DNA from: a virus
Taxonomy: Duplodnaviria; Caudoviricetes
Reading direction: 5' to 3' (one strand)
Virus record (IMG/VR): IMGVR_UViG_3300030330_004809
Coordinates: 1-50,335 of that record
Length of the DNA stretch: 50,335 nt
Shown here in pieces: positions 31,414 to 40,283 of this stretch. How positions within the stretch are numbered: position 1 is the first letter of the stretch; every line of letters starts with the position of its first letter. The notes under the pieces are model-generated. The model was not told the origin of the DNA and did not search any database. It saw only the letters and a list, made by a program, of their open reading frames with translations. Made by a program: the position numbers and the translations under genes.

Positions 31414-32105
31414 AATTTGCCCTCTTCCCAACGATGCTTAAACACTCTGTATTTTGATCTTAATTTATTAAGATTGTTGACAACTTGCTTAGTGTTGAGT
31501 CCTGTGATCTCACGAATGTATAAATAAATAGCTTTCTTATTAAAAATTAAATTAGGATTATCTTTGTCTTCAAGCAAAATCTTAACCGCTTGGAGCACTT
31601 TTTCTTCATTTGCTTTAAGTTTCAGCTTCTCCCAGCCTTCTATCTCTTTCCACAAAAGATTCCAAAATTCTTCCTCTTCCCTCTTCTGTTCATATTTTAT
31701 ACGCACCGATGCATATTCTAATTGGTGATCGGCTGTCAATTCTTCTAGATCAACTTCCCTTTTGCTTTGTTGATTAGTTTTCTTAACTTTATGAATAAAC
31801 CAATTTTTTGTTATTACACTGAAGTATGAAAAAGCTTTAGAACCCTTGTCGGGGTTGTACTTATGCAAAATGGTTGTTAGGTATATCTTGCACTCTTCTC
31901 TAAGATCCTCTATATTAGGAAGAGTTGTAAACTTATATGTAAAAACAATTTTATCAACCATCTCGTTAAAAGCTGGTTGTATATATTTGCCATATAAGAT
32001 AGTCCTCTCTCTGGAGTCTGTGCTATTGTTGTATGCTATTATTGCGTCTTCATGTTCCTGCGTGAAGTATAGTCTTTTTGTGCGCTTACGCCTCTTCCTT
32101 GCCAT
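31410..32105 (-). CDS. Phage sigma factor, T4 gp55-like late transcription
   Basis: 231 aa. YF...EDAI, then EDLREEC...HKYNPDKGSKAFSYFSVITKN matches sigma region 2 as in gp55-like proteins. Confidence 0.8.
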   Translation of the reverse strand: MARKRRKRTKRLYFTQEHEDAIIAYNNSTDSRERTILYGKYIQPAFNEMVDKIVFTYKFTTLPNIEDLREECKIYLTTILHKYNPDKGSKAFSYFSVITKNWFIHKVKKTNQQSKREVDLEELTADHQLEYASVRIKYEQKREEEEFWNLLWKEIEGWEKLKLKANEEKVLQAVKILLEDKDNPNLIFNKKAIYLYIREITGLNTKQVVNNLNKLRSKYRVFKHRWEEGKF

Positions 32106-32400
32106 CTAATTCCACCTCCTGTTCCGTTTCTGTTGGTTCTGAGAGGAGGAAGATTTCTTCGTAGCCCTCTAACTCTTCTCTTACGGCATTGGTGTGTTCC
32201 AACAAGTAAGACAGCGTAGGGTCTCCATAAAATCTCTCTAATTCATACACCTCTTTTAGGTGTAAGTTATAGGCAGATATCACTTCATACAAAAGACCAA
32301 GATTATCAGATAGATACAGAAGGTTACTTAGTGTATTTCTCGCATACCACATTAAGAATATGTTTAGTAATATAGATAATAATAAAACAATTTCAACCAT
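32086..32400 (-). CDS. Hypothetical protein with N-terminal transmembrane helix
   Basis: 104 aa. IVLLLSILLNIFLMWY followed by a helical acidic region. Confidence 0.7.
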   Translation of the reverse strand: MVEIVLLLSILLNIFLMWYARNTLSNLLYLSDNLGLLYEVISAYNLHLKEVYELERFYGDPTLSYLLEHTNAVREELEGYEEIFLLSEPTETEQEVELDGKEEA

Positions 32401-32635
32401 TGTAATCCTCTTTTAATCTTCTCTTTTCAGCCTGGACATCTCTTTTTACATCCTCAATGTACTCTCTCACTAGAGACCCAGCATTTGTGGGCTTGCTCAC
32501 ATTGAAAGACAGTGACGGCACTCTACTGATAGGGCCGCCACTACACAAAACGCATGTATCCACAACCTCAGTCATGGAATGACGTGCCTCAAACTCTCCA
32601 TCACACTCAGAACACCTATAATTATACTTCGGCAT
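32393..32635 (-). CDS. FmdB-family zinc ribbon protein
   Basis: MPKYNYRCSEC..EFE...CVLCSG..ISRV. Start revised to ATG at 32635. Confidence 0.88.
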   Translation of the reverse strand: MPKYNYRCSECDGEFEARHSMTEVVDTCVLCSGGPISRVPSLSFNVSKPTNAGSLVREYIEDVKRDVQAEKRRLKEDYNG

Positions 32636-32822
32636 CCTCAAAATCCTGGTTTAGTTTGACGGTTGGAGGATTCATGACCATAAGGCCATCCTCGCTAAGT
32701 CTAAACTTGAACCCCTTAAGAACCGGAACAATATCAGATTGCTCTAGCAGGGACTTCTGTAGAGCCATCATTAGGGCACCCATAGCCTGATCGCTAAGGT
32801 GCATGTTGCTTTCTTCACTCAT
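32622..32822 (-). CDS. Small hypothetical protein
   Basis: 66 aa with a GGAGGAG RBS. Overlaps the next gene. Confidence 0.7.
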   Translation of the reverse strand: MSEESNMHLSDQAMGALMMALQKSLLEQSDIVPVLKGFKFRLSEDGLMVMNPPTVKLNQDFEDAEV

Positions 32823-32837
32823 TATTCTTCTCCTCCT

Positions 32838-33125
32838 TTAAAAAGGTATTTTTCTTATAATAATATCTTTATACATAACCCAATCACATACTTTTGCAAG
32901 TAAAGGATTAGAAAAAGCGGCAGGTTTATTTTTTTCAAACATATAATGCCCATACCACGCAAATGGATAAACAATAAATGGTGCAAATAATAGACCCACA
33001 ATAAAAAACTTGTATAGGCAGAAGCATATATATGCTAAAGTTAAGGTCTGCCCAAGAAAATGCATCCTTCTACACCACTTATTTTGATGTAAAGACAAAT
33101 AGTGCTCGTAATAATCTTTAAACAT
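32838..33125 (-). CDS. DUF962 (Mpo1-like) membrane protein
   Basis: YLSLHQNKWCRRMHFLG...YPFAWYGHYMFEKNKPAAF..P....CDW is the family pattern. Confidence 0.88.
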   Translation of the reverse strand: MFKDYYEHYLSLHQNKWCRRMHFLGQTLTLAYICFCLYKFFIVGLLFAPFIVYPFAWYGHYMFEKNKPAAFSNPLLAKVCDWVMYKDIIIRKIPF

Positions 33126-34056
33126 TTTTATATCTCGTTCTCTGTTTCACAAGCGGAATAGCTAGCTTTAGCTCCTCTATCCCTTCCTCAAGTGAGACAC
33201 TAACATTGTACCCTAAGGAATTAATCTTCTCATAGGAAACTTGATAGTTCCGCTTATCAGCATCTTCCATAATATCTGCATAGTGAAAATAGGCGTCAGG
33301 GACCGCATCAGATATTAGCTCACATACACGCCTTTTAGTGTGGTTCATGTTGTTTGATCCAACGTTATACACATTTGACGCCATCTCACTTTGGTTATCT
33401 AGAGCAAATATAAATGACTTAGCAATGTCTGTAACATGTATGAAGGTCCTTAAGAAGTGGGATTCATAAATAACGGCGTAGCCCTCAGTCATCGCCTTAT
33501 GGGTTAGATCATTGACAAGTAAATCAAGTCTCATCCTAGGCGAGACACCAAAAGCAGTCGCAAACCTAAATGCTGTTGAGTTTTTTCTACTCATTACAAT
33601 TTTTTCAGCTTCCGTCTTTGTTCTCCCATATATTGATAATGGATTAAGTGGCGTTTCTTCAGTGCATATGCCGACAACCTCACCATAATTTGAGCCGGTC
33701 GAACCAAAAAGTAAGTATTGGTCCTCTTGCAGTAAATCTGCTAGTAATTGGGTTGCGGCTGTGTTGACTTCGTAAGCCTTTTCCTCTCCCTTAAGTCGGC
33801 AAAGCGGAAAGCCTACGTAAGCTGCCAGGTGGATTACAGCATCCTTACCCAGAACAAGGCTAGCCATCAAGCTCTCATCCCTGATGTCCCCCTCTACAAA
33901 TGAAAAGTTTTCATGTGTGATGTAGGGAAGCAATCTATCGCCATTATCAAACATAAGGTTGTCTACAACGGTAACCTTATCACCTCTCTCAAGAAGCATA
34001 GGGATTAAAGTTGTACCTATATACCCTGCTCCGCCTGTGGCTAAAATATTTCTCAT
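33118..34056 (-). CDS. NAD-dependent nucleotide-sugar epimerase/dehydratase (extended SDR)
   Basis: TGGAGYIG Rossmann motif, HLAA and catalytic YGRTK. Confidence 0.92.
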   Translation of the reverse strand: MRNILATGGAGYIGTTLIPMLLERGDKVTVVDNLMFDNGDRLLPYITHENFSFVEGDIRDESLMASLVLGKDAVIHLAAYVGFPLCRLKGEEKAYEVNTAATQLLADLLQEDQYLLFGSTGSNYGEVVGICTEETPLNPLSIYGRTKTEAEKIVMSRKNSTAFRFATAFGVSPRMRLDLLVNDLTHKAMTEGYAVIYESHFLRTFIHVTDIAKSFIFALDNQSEMASNVYNVGSNNMNHTKRRVCELISDAVPDAYFHYADIMEDADKRNYQVSYEKINSLGYNVSVSLEEGIEELKLAIPLVKQRTRYKNV

Positions 34057-34058
34057 CT

Positions 34059-34985
34059 TTACTCCATATCGAAAAGTTTCTTATAATAAAGAATTGTATT
34101 TTGTATCCCCTGTTCATGTGGATAAAATTGAAAATTTGGTATTTTATCTACAAAGTTACTGTTATCAAGTACCTTTACAGGATCTCCGTCTGTGTACGAG
34201 GTATCAAATTTTATTTTCCCTTGAAACCCGCAAAGCTCCTTAATTATGGAAGCAGACTCTGCTATCGAATAGCCCTTCCCTTGCGCTACATTGAGTGGGT
34301 AACACATGTCGTCTAAATGTAGACTTTTCACAAGGATTTCAACAAAGTCATCCACATAAGCCCACTCTCTTACCGGGCTGCCGGTGCCCCATACAATAAA
34401 TTCTTTATCGCCGGAAGCACAGGCTCTTAGCATTCTAATGATCATGCCGTTGAGAGCGTGAGTCTTGTTAGGGTCCAGAGAATCCCCAGGACCATAAGTA
34501 TTTGGTAGCAATAAGTTTATACTTTTAATATCATGCTGCCTACGGTAGCATTGAGATAAATAATAGATAGATCTCTTAGAGTTACCAAAAGAAAAAATAG
34601 ATGAGTGGACTGGCCCGCTTAGCCACTGCTCTTCAGTTTGGATAGAGCTATCACCAGGATAAGAACAATTACTAAACGGCTGTATTACCTTTATGGTACA
34701 GTCGATATCTGCTATAGACTTATAAATATTTAAAGCCATCTGAAGGTTGTCAGAATATACATCAGCCGCATATTCATTTACATAATGAATTCCTCCGCCA
34801 TGTGAGGCTAAATTATAAATTACATTTGGGCTAAAATCTTTAATCGCTGCATATGTTTGTGCATAATCTAGTAAATCGACTCCAGTTGATTTTGAACAAC
34901 CTACGACCTCGTGCCCATCATTTGTAAGTTTTCTAAAAAGATTTTTTCCAATAAAGCCAGTATGGCCTAAAATTAAAATTCTCAT
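34059..34985 (-). CDS. GDP-L-fucose synthase (Fcl/WcaG)-like epimerase-reductase with atypical catalytic motif
   Basis: GHTGFIG, GGGI..N, SNCSYP, PNTYGP.D, THAL, VWGTGSPVREW. The YxxxK position reads FGNSK. Confidence 0.85.
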   Translation of the reverse strand: MRILILGHTGFIGKNLFRKLTNDGHEVVGCSKSTGVDLLDYAQTYAAIKDFSPNVIYNLASHGGGIHYVNEYAADVYSDNLQMALNIYKSIADIDCTIKVIQPFSNCSYPGDSSIQTEEQWLSGPVHSSIFSFGNSKRSIYYLSQCYRRQHDIKSINLLLPNTYGPGDSLDPNKTHALNGMIIRMLRACASGDKEFIVWGTGSPVREWAYVDDFVEILVKSLHLDDMCYPLNVAQGKGYSIAESASIIKELCGFQGKIKFDTSYTDGDPVKVLDNSNFVDKIPNFQFYPHEQGIQNTILYYKKLFDME

Positions 34986-35656
34986 TCTTCTTCCTTAAGA
35001 TAAAAATTGTAACCATGTAGATTTACGACTGGTCTAAACCGCCCAATGCTAGTGGCCCTAATTATTCGCTCTAGCTCTTCTTTTGAAATCTCAGCGCTAA
35101 TCTTTTGAAGCTTATCAATATCTCGAATTCTTCCTACATGGTGTCCCCATCTATAATCTGTGGTCGGGGTTAGGAATGAAACGTCATTACGGCTTATCTT
35201 GTCAACAATATCGCAATATGCTTCCAGTTGTTTAGCATGCACTCTAGGCACAATTGTTTTTATGCTATCGTTTTCAAAAATAGGGACTTTATAAAAATCT
35301 ATTATTTGACCATTATCTATTTTTTCGTTCATAAGGTGAACAGTCACGCCAGTATAATTATCTCTGTTATATAGTCCCCGGTTTAGGCCCCCAGAGCCTG
35401 GGTATTGAGGTGGGCTCGGGTGAAAATTAATAGCAAAGTTATTTACCGACTCTAAAACACGTTTTGGTAATATGCAATAAGACTTTAAATGGAATATGTA
35501 GTCCCCAGACCATTCTAAAATGCTTTGCGGAATTTTAGTTTTCCGCTCACGAGAGGCCCAAAAGCATGTAACATCAAATCCACTACGCTTAGTGAAATTA
35601 AAGGCATTTTGACTATACACACAATCTTCAAAACCTATAAACAGTACCTTTTTCAT
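34982..35656 (-). CDS. Formyltransferase (probable nucleotide-sugar N-formyltransferase)
   Basis: INFHPSPPQYPG, TGVTVH..NEKIDNGQII. Adjacent to the aminotransferase. Confidence 0.85.
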   Translation of the reverse strand: MKKVLFIGFEDCVYSQNAFNFTKRSGFDVTCFWASRERKTKIPQSILEWSGDYIFHLKSYCILPKRVLESVNNFAINFHPSPPQYPGSGGLNRGLYNRDNYTGVTVHLMNEKIDNGQIIDFYKVPIFENDSIKTIVPRVHAKQLEAYCDIVDKISRNDVSFLTPTTDYRWGHHVGRIRDIDKLQKISAEISKEELERIIRATSIGRFRPVVNLHGYNFYLKEEE

Positions 35657-36243
35657 ACCTTAAATACATCCATGTTTGTTAAATCCGGCCAATCTGTATA
35701 CGTCCATTTTTTGGGTTTTGTGCTGATGGCTTGAGGCAACTTATCTAGCCCCAATTGAGCCGTTTCGGGGGTCATATAATAGTGATAGCCCATTGTATTA
35801 ATGTTCTGCTGTGTCCACGATATATCTGGAAGTCTCCCATCATAAGACATCTTTTTGAGACTGTTTTTGGCCTCCAGATCGTCTAGTAATATCATGCCCC
35901 CTCTCCCTAAGCTTAAATGTTTTCTGAATTGAAAGCTTAATGACATCAAAGTACCTGGGATGTAGCTATTACCTTTCCATAAGACAGCTGCGTCTACTAC
36001 ATTTTTGGTCAAGTAATAGTAATCTTGCCATGGCTGGTCTATCCAGACTCTTTCTATACTTAGCTTATCAGCGAGCATCGGAATGGATAGGTAAGTCCTA
36101 ACTGGGACTGTTACTTTTTTTGCTTCGGTATAGCGCAGGCATAATTCAACACCATGAGTACAACAGTCAACTGCTACAGCATACGGAGCGCCAAAAAACT
36201 TAGCCACCTCTTTTTCGAATATGGCAACCTTTTCAAAGCTCAT
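35653..36243 (-). CDS. Short DegT/DnrJ/EryC1/StrS PLP-dependent aminotransferase
   Basis: FEKEVAKFFGAPYAVAV, DAA, SLSFQFRKHLSLGRGGM and GYHYYM. Only 196 aa. Confidence 0.85.
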   Translation of the reverse strand: MSFEKVAIFEKEVAKFFGAPYAVAVDCCTHGVELCLRYTEAKKVTVPVRTYLSIPMLADKLSIERVWIDQPWQDYYYLTKNVVDAAVLWKGNSYIPGTLMSLSFQFRKHLSLGRGGMILLDDLEAKNSLKKMSYDGRLPDISWTQQNINTMGYHYYMTPETAQLGLDKLPQAISTKPKKWTYTDWPDLTNMDVFKV

Positions 36244-36962
36244 TCTGGAGTCTCTAGAGTTATGACAGGTTCAAAGTTATTTGGGAAACCTCTAGACTTT
36301 CTACTTTCAAATATCTGTCTATCAATCACATTATAGCGATTCTCATTTCTCTCCATATCGTGTTGATCTCGTGGACGCTTTCCCGCATCTGGATGAATAT
36401 GCTCTACCACTGCCTCTGGGCACCACACGTATCTGCCAACTAACTTCGCTCGCTCATTCAGTTCATTGTCAATATAAAAATAATTATATTCAGGATAAGT
36501 GCAAACGCCCCCTAAGTGGTCTACGCAGAACTTTCTGTCAAATAGCAACGTTGTGCCTAAAATGTTTCCATTGTGTAGCTTGTCATTAACTGCCACCATG
36601 CCATACCCGTCAAGAAACTCATCATGGTATTCTAAGGCACGATCTAGCCAGCCTGGATAAAACAGCTGGTCATCACCGGATGGAAACAATATGTCCCCAG
36701 TTGTTAGAGATAATGCGTGGTTCCAAGACCATAGGGCACCTCTTCTTTCAGGTGAGTAATCTATAATATACTGCCAATTATCATTTATTTTGTCCGACAA
36801 ATATTTTTCTATGACATTAACGGTTTCTCTATCGCCATCAACAGCTAAGGCAAGCTCCATATTTAAGTGGTTTGTTGTCTCATATAGACTAGTCACTGCT
36901 TGCAACGCAAGCTTTGGCCTATTGCATGTAGGCATAGCTACACTTATTTTTTTGTCCATCAT
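36240..36962 (-). CDS. Glycosyltransferase family 2 (GT-A)
   Basis: ISVAMPTCNR, VDG, N..L...TGDI....DD, DNEL..RA, V.H.H. Confidence 0.9.
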   Translation of the reverse strand: MMDKKISVAMPTCNRPKLALQAVTSLYETTNHLNMELALAVDGDRETVNVIEKYLSDKINDNWQYIIDYSPERRGALWSWNHALSLTTGDILFPSGDDQLFYPGWLDRALEYHDEFLDGYGMVAVNDKLHNGNILGTTLLFDRKFCVDHLGGVCTYPEYNYFYIDNELNERAKLVGRYVWCPEAVVEHIHPDAGKRPRDQHDMERNENRYNVIDRQIFESRKSRGFPNNFEPVITLETPE

Positions 36963-37792
36963 AGATATTGCTCCACAATATTTATTATTTCTTCTTGCTT
37001 ATAACGCATATGAATGATTAAGTCAAGACCTTTTTTCGAAAACCATTCTTCATGGATAGCACCTACATTATTTGTAGTCTTTGTGGCCATCCCCATCATC
37101 CTAGCCTCTACGACGACCCTAGACAGCGTTTCAGGGGTCTCAGGAAAGAAGACTAGTGTAGAGCGAGCACCAAGCTCTCTGAGGAATGTGGTGGGCTCTA
37201 GAGGTGGTATGACATCGTACTCCAAGCCAACAGTCCTACAGTAGTTAATGGCTCCCGCAGTATTCTTATGCTTAGTGTTCGACATAATTATTGCATGCCT
37301 GTCTTGCCTCTGCGGATCTTTACAAATTTCCTCTAAAATGCCTAAGTGCTTGTCTGACCACAAGTTGCCACCTAGGCTTACAATATTATCTAGTTCAAGA
37401 TTTTTTCTTGCTATGTTCGCGTGGAACTGGCTCTGGCATAGAACAGCCTTAGCCTTTGCATAAAATTGTCTATTAATAATGTCTTCTTTAGGCGCACAAT
37501 ACTCCGGGTAAACACCTGGGTTTCTGCCAGGAAGATACTTGTGATCGTGCTCATAAATAATATAGTTTTTACTTTGTAGCTCTTTTTTGTTATCTTCAGA
37601 GAGATTTACAAAATTTGAAACGATAATATTCTTATTACATAACAAATCCATGTGTTTAACAAGGTGACTATTAACTTTACGAACAGTGTGACCACGCTTG
37701 TAAAGCTTCTCTACCAATACTTCGTTGTTTAGTTCACCGCCACCAGGAACTTGGTCAGCAAAGAAATCTGCTATGAAAAGTATATCACTCAC
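36959..37792 (-). CDS. Putative GT-B glycosyltransferase
   Basis: Start revised to GTG at 37792. GGGE near the N-terminus, KNT, and ETLSRVVVEARMMG (E-x7-E). Confidence 0.7.
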   Translation of the reverse strand: MSDILFIADFFADQVPGGGELNNEVLVEKLYKRGHTVRKVNSHLVKHMDLLCNKNIIVSNFVNLSEDNKKELQSKNYIIYEHDHKYLPGRNPGVYPEYCAPKEDIINRQFYAKAKAVLCQSQFHANIARKNLELDNIVSLGGNLWSDKHLGILEEICKDPQRQDRHAIIMSNTKHKNTAGAINYCRTVGLEYDVIPPLEPTTFLRELGARSTLVFFPETPETLSRVVVEARMMGMATKTTNNVGAIHEEWFSKKGLDLIIHMRYKQEEIINIVEQYL

Positions 37793-39020
37793 TGACAACG
37801 ACCTGCGGAGGCACAAACTCTGGCATTGCAATGGAATCTGCAAAAAGCTTGTGCTGTTTAGATGAGTCAAACTGCTTACGAATCCAGTTTCGGAGTGCCC
37901 TAGCCCTCTTCTTCCAGCTATCATAATTCTTTCGAACTTGCCGCAATCTCATCTTATAATGGCCTTCATGTGGGTAACACCACATACTATCTTTTTGAAC
38001 CACACCCTCCCAGACAGCAAAGTCCTGCACTGGTGCAATGTCATAGTTAACATCGGCGAACATGGCCTTCTTTTTGCCATTCTTTTGAGGCATATATAAG
38101 AAATCACAATGGCCTGACCACCCTGGAGCTATAACTGGTATACCATGGCATGCGGCATCGAATATTGGTAACCCAAATCCTTCACCATGGCTAAGGTTAA
38201 TGAAAACTTTAACTTTCTTATGAGTATAAAGAGACTGCATTTGTGCCTCCGTCAAGTCTCCGTGAAGCAAATAAATTTTACATTTTGCTTCGGGAGGTAA
38301 AAGACCATCTATGATTCCCTTAAGGTTCTTATGAACATGCTCCCTGTCCATTATAGAGTTATTCTTCAAGGAAGTCTTAATTATTAGCCCGACTTCCTGA
38401 TCAAAGTTTTCTTCAATCCACCACTTAACAGCGTTCTCCATATTTTTTCTAGGGCCCCACTGCGACACCATAAGATAGTTAAAGTCGTGCTTTAGTTTAA
38501 TACCCAGGCTCTCAGGTTTTTCTTCTTTTACGGGATAATGAACAACCTCTACAGGCACTTCACATTTAAGAGTCATGGGCTGCTTGGTTTCCCTATGGAT
38601 ACCTTCATATATCGTACTTTCTAATGTTTGCTTAGAGTGTTCCGAGATTGTAATCACCTTGTCCATCATATTACAACGTTCTAGCCACACTGGAGCCACT
38701 TTAGTAGTCTCTATGCCTGCTGTAACACCTACATTATAGGGAGCTATCCTTTCCCACTCATTAGGTATAGAAACCTGCACAGACATATCAAAATGTCCAC
38801 CGGCTTGCACAAAGTTGTGGGTCTTCATAATTAGAAAATCCATCCATCGTCGCTCTTTCGTGTTTTCAGAAAGCCACCCTGTCTGTCCCCAATTTAAGGA
38901 CACCAGATAAACATCATATTTTTCTGGTTGGGACTTCAGAGCCCTTAATAAAAATCTTGTGTGTTCGCCATACCCTGACTGGGTTAGCGCTGGACCTCTC
39001 ACTAAAACTTTCTTAATCAC
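37785..39020 (-). CDS. Glycosyltransferase family 4
   Basis: SGYG, RKN, SHGEGFGLPIFDAA..G.PVI. Start revised to GTG at 39020 (GTGA overlap, GGAG upstream). Confidence 0.92.
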   Translation of the reverse strand: MIKKVLVRGPALTQSGYGEHTRFLLRALKSQPEKYDVYLVSLNWGQTGWLSENTKERRWMDFLIMKTHNFVQAGGHFDMSVQVSIPNEWERIAPYNVGVTAGIETTKVAPVWLERCNMMDKVITISEHSKQTLESTIYEGIHRETKQPMTLKCEVPVEVVHYPVKEEKPESLGIKLKHDFNYLMVSQWGPRKNMENAVKWWIEENFDQEVGLIIKTSLKNNSIMDREHVHKNLKGIIDGLLPPEAKCKIYLLHGDLTEAQMQSLYTHKKVKVFINLSHGEGFGLPIFDAACHGIPVIAPGWSGHCDFLYMPQKNGKKKAMFADVNYDIAPVQDFAVWEGVVQKDSMWCYPHEGHYKMRLRQVRKNYDSWKKRARALRNWIRKQFDSSKQHKLFADSIAMPEFVPPQVVVSE

Positions 39021-40276
39021 GTCAACTCCTTCAATTCCCAACTCTTATAGTTGTCCCTCGTTTCCCATGAACCGTGCTTTTCATACACTTCTGTCATTAT
39101 CTTCACCCAGCCTTCACAGTATTTTTCAAAGCTGTAGTTGCCCTCAACGTGCTGCCTGCCTTTTCTGCCCAACTCCTTTCGTTCCTCAGGAGTCATATTG
39201 TACATCTTATGTAGCGCAGCCTTAAAATCTTCTTTACTTATACGATCTTCGTAGATATACGGCACCTGCTGGGAGCCTATAACAGTTTTTGACGAAGGCT
39301 CAATCCCAATACCGAACCAATTTTCGCCATCTGTCACCTGCTCTTGCAGTCCACCAGTCATAGTAACAATGATAGGTGTCTCACATGAAAGAGATTCTAG
39401 TGTGGCCAAGCCAAAGCCCTCAGCATCAGAAATGTTAATAGTACATGAAGCCATATTATACATGTCTGATAGGATCTGTGGCGGGACCTTGGAGTTAGAT
39501 ATCATCATGGTACCGTCATTCCCCAGCTTCTCTATAATATGCTGAAGAGGCTGTCCATGCACATCGTTAGGATCAGTATGCATAATTAGACGAACCTTAT
39601 CGCGCCCCACTTCGTTTGCAAACTCGTTAAACCAGAACAAGAGAGAGCCGCTCTGCTTCCTACGTGCATTTCTGTTATTCCAAAAGAATAACATTCTATC
39701 ATCTTTGTCCTGCGAGAAATTGTTATTCTTTAGCTCCTTGATCTCTTCATCCGTCTTGGCCTTAAAGATGTTAGAATCAACAGCGTGAGGGTGATATATA
39801 TTCTCAACTTCTGGTGCTGCCTCTGTCACAACGTCTCTTGTGACCTTAGAGATTGAAACAATTAGGTCGTTAGACAAGTAGAATGGTCGGTTAAACATCG
39901 GTGCAGGATGATTGTCCCAAACGTGATAATATACCATCGGAATTAGTGGACGAATTTCATTTTCGATAAACCATAACCACTCGTAAAACCTGGGGTCTGT
40001 CATGAACCAGAGAATATCTGGCTTTTCGTTTCGTATGATAGACCTAACCTTCTCCGCGTCACCGTAGCCGTCTATTGGTATAACCATCCAATCATCTTCA
40101 TAAGGGGCGATCTTCTGAGCATCATAATTTTCATGCTTCATAGCACCCCCTAAACAAATAAATTGAAACTTTCCAGTCTTTAGGAGAGCTTCAATAAAGT
40201 ACTTTGTTTGAGTTCCAACACCCGATGGTGACAACGGGTGATCTGACAGTGTCAGAATCTTTATCTTCTTATCCAT
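39017..40276 (-). CDS. Glycosyltransferase family 4
   Basis: SGVG, RNARRK, AEGFGLATLESLSCETPII...GGL.EQV. Confidence 0.92.
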   Translation of the reverse strand: MDKKIKILTLSDHPLSPSGVGTQTKYFIEALLKTGKFQFICLGGAMKHENYDAQKIAPYEDDWMVIPIDGYGDAEKVRSIIRNEKPDILWFMTDPRFYEWLWFIENEIRPLIPMVYYHVWDNHPAPMFNRPFYLSNDLIVSISKVTRDVVTEAAPEVENIYHPHAVDSNIFKAKTDEEIKELKNNNFSQDKDDRMLFFWNNRNARRKQSGSLLFWFNEFANEVGRDKVRLIMHTDPNDVHGQPLQHIIEKLGNDGTMMISNSKVPPQILSDMYNMASCTINISDAEGFGLATLESLSCETPIIVTMTGGLQEQVTDGENWFGIGIEPSSKTVIGSQQVPYIYEDRISKEDFKAALHKMYNMTPEERKELGRKGRQHVEGNYSFEKYCEGWVKIMTEVYEKHGSWETRDNYKSWELKELT

Positions 40277-40283
40277 TAATTCC

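Noticed and set aside
34982-35656. Methionyl-tRNA formyltransferase (fmt)
   Set aside because: Too short for the Fmt C-terminal domain and embedded in a nucleotide-sugar cassette.
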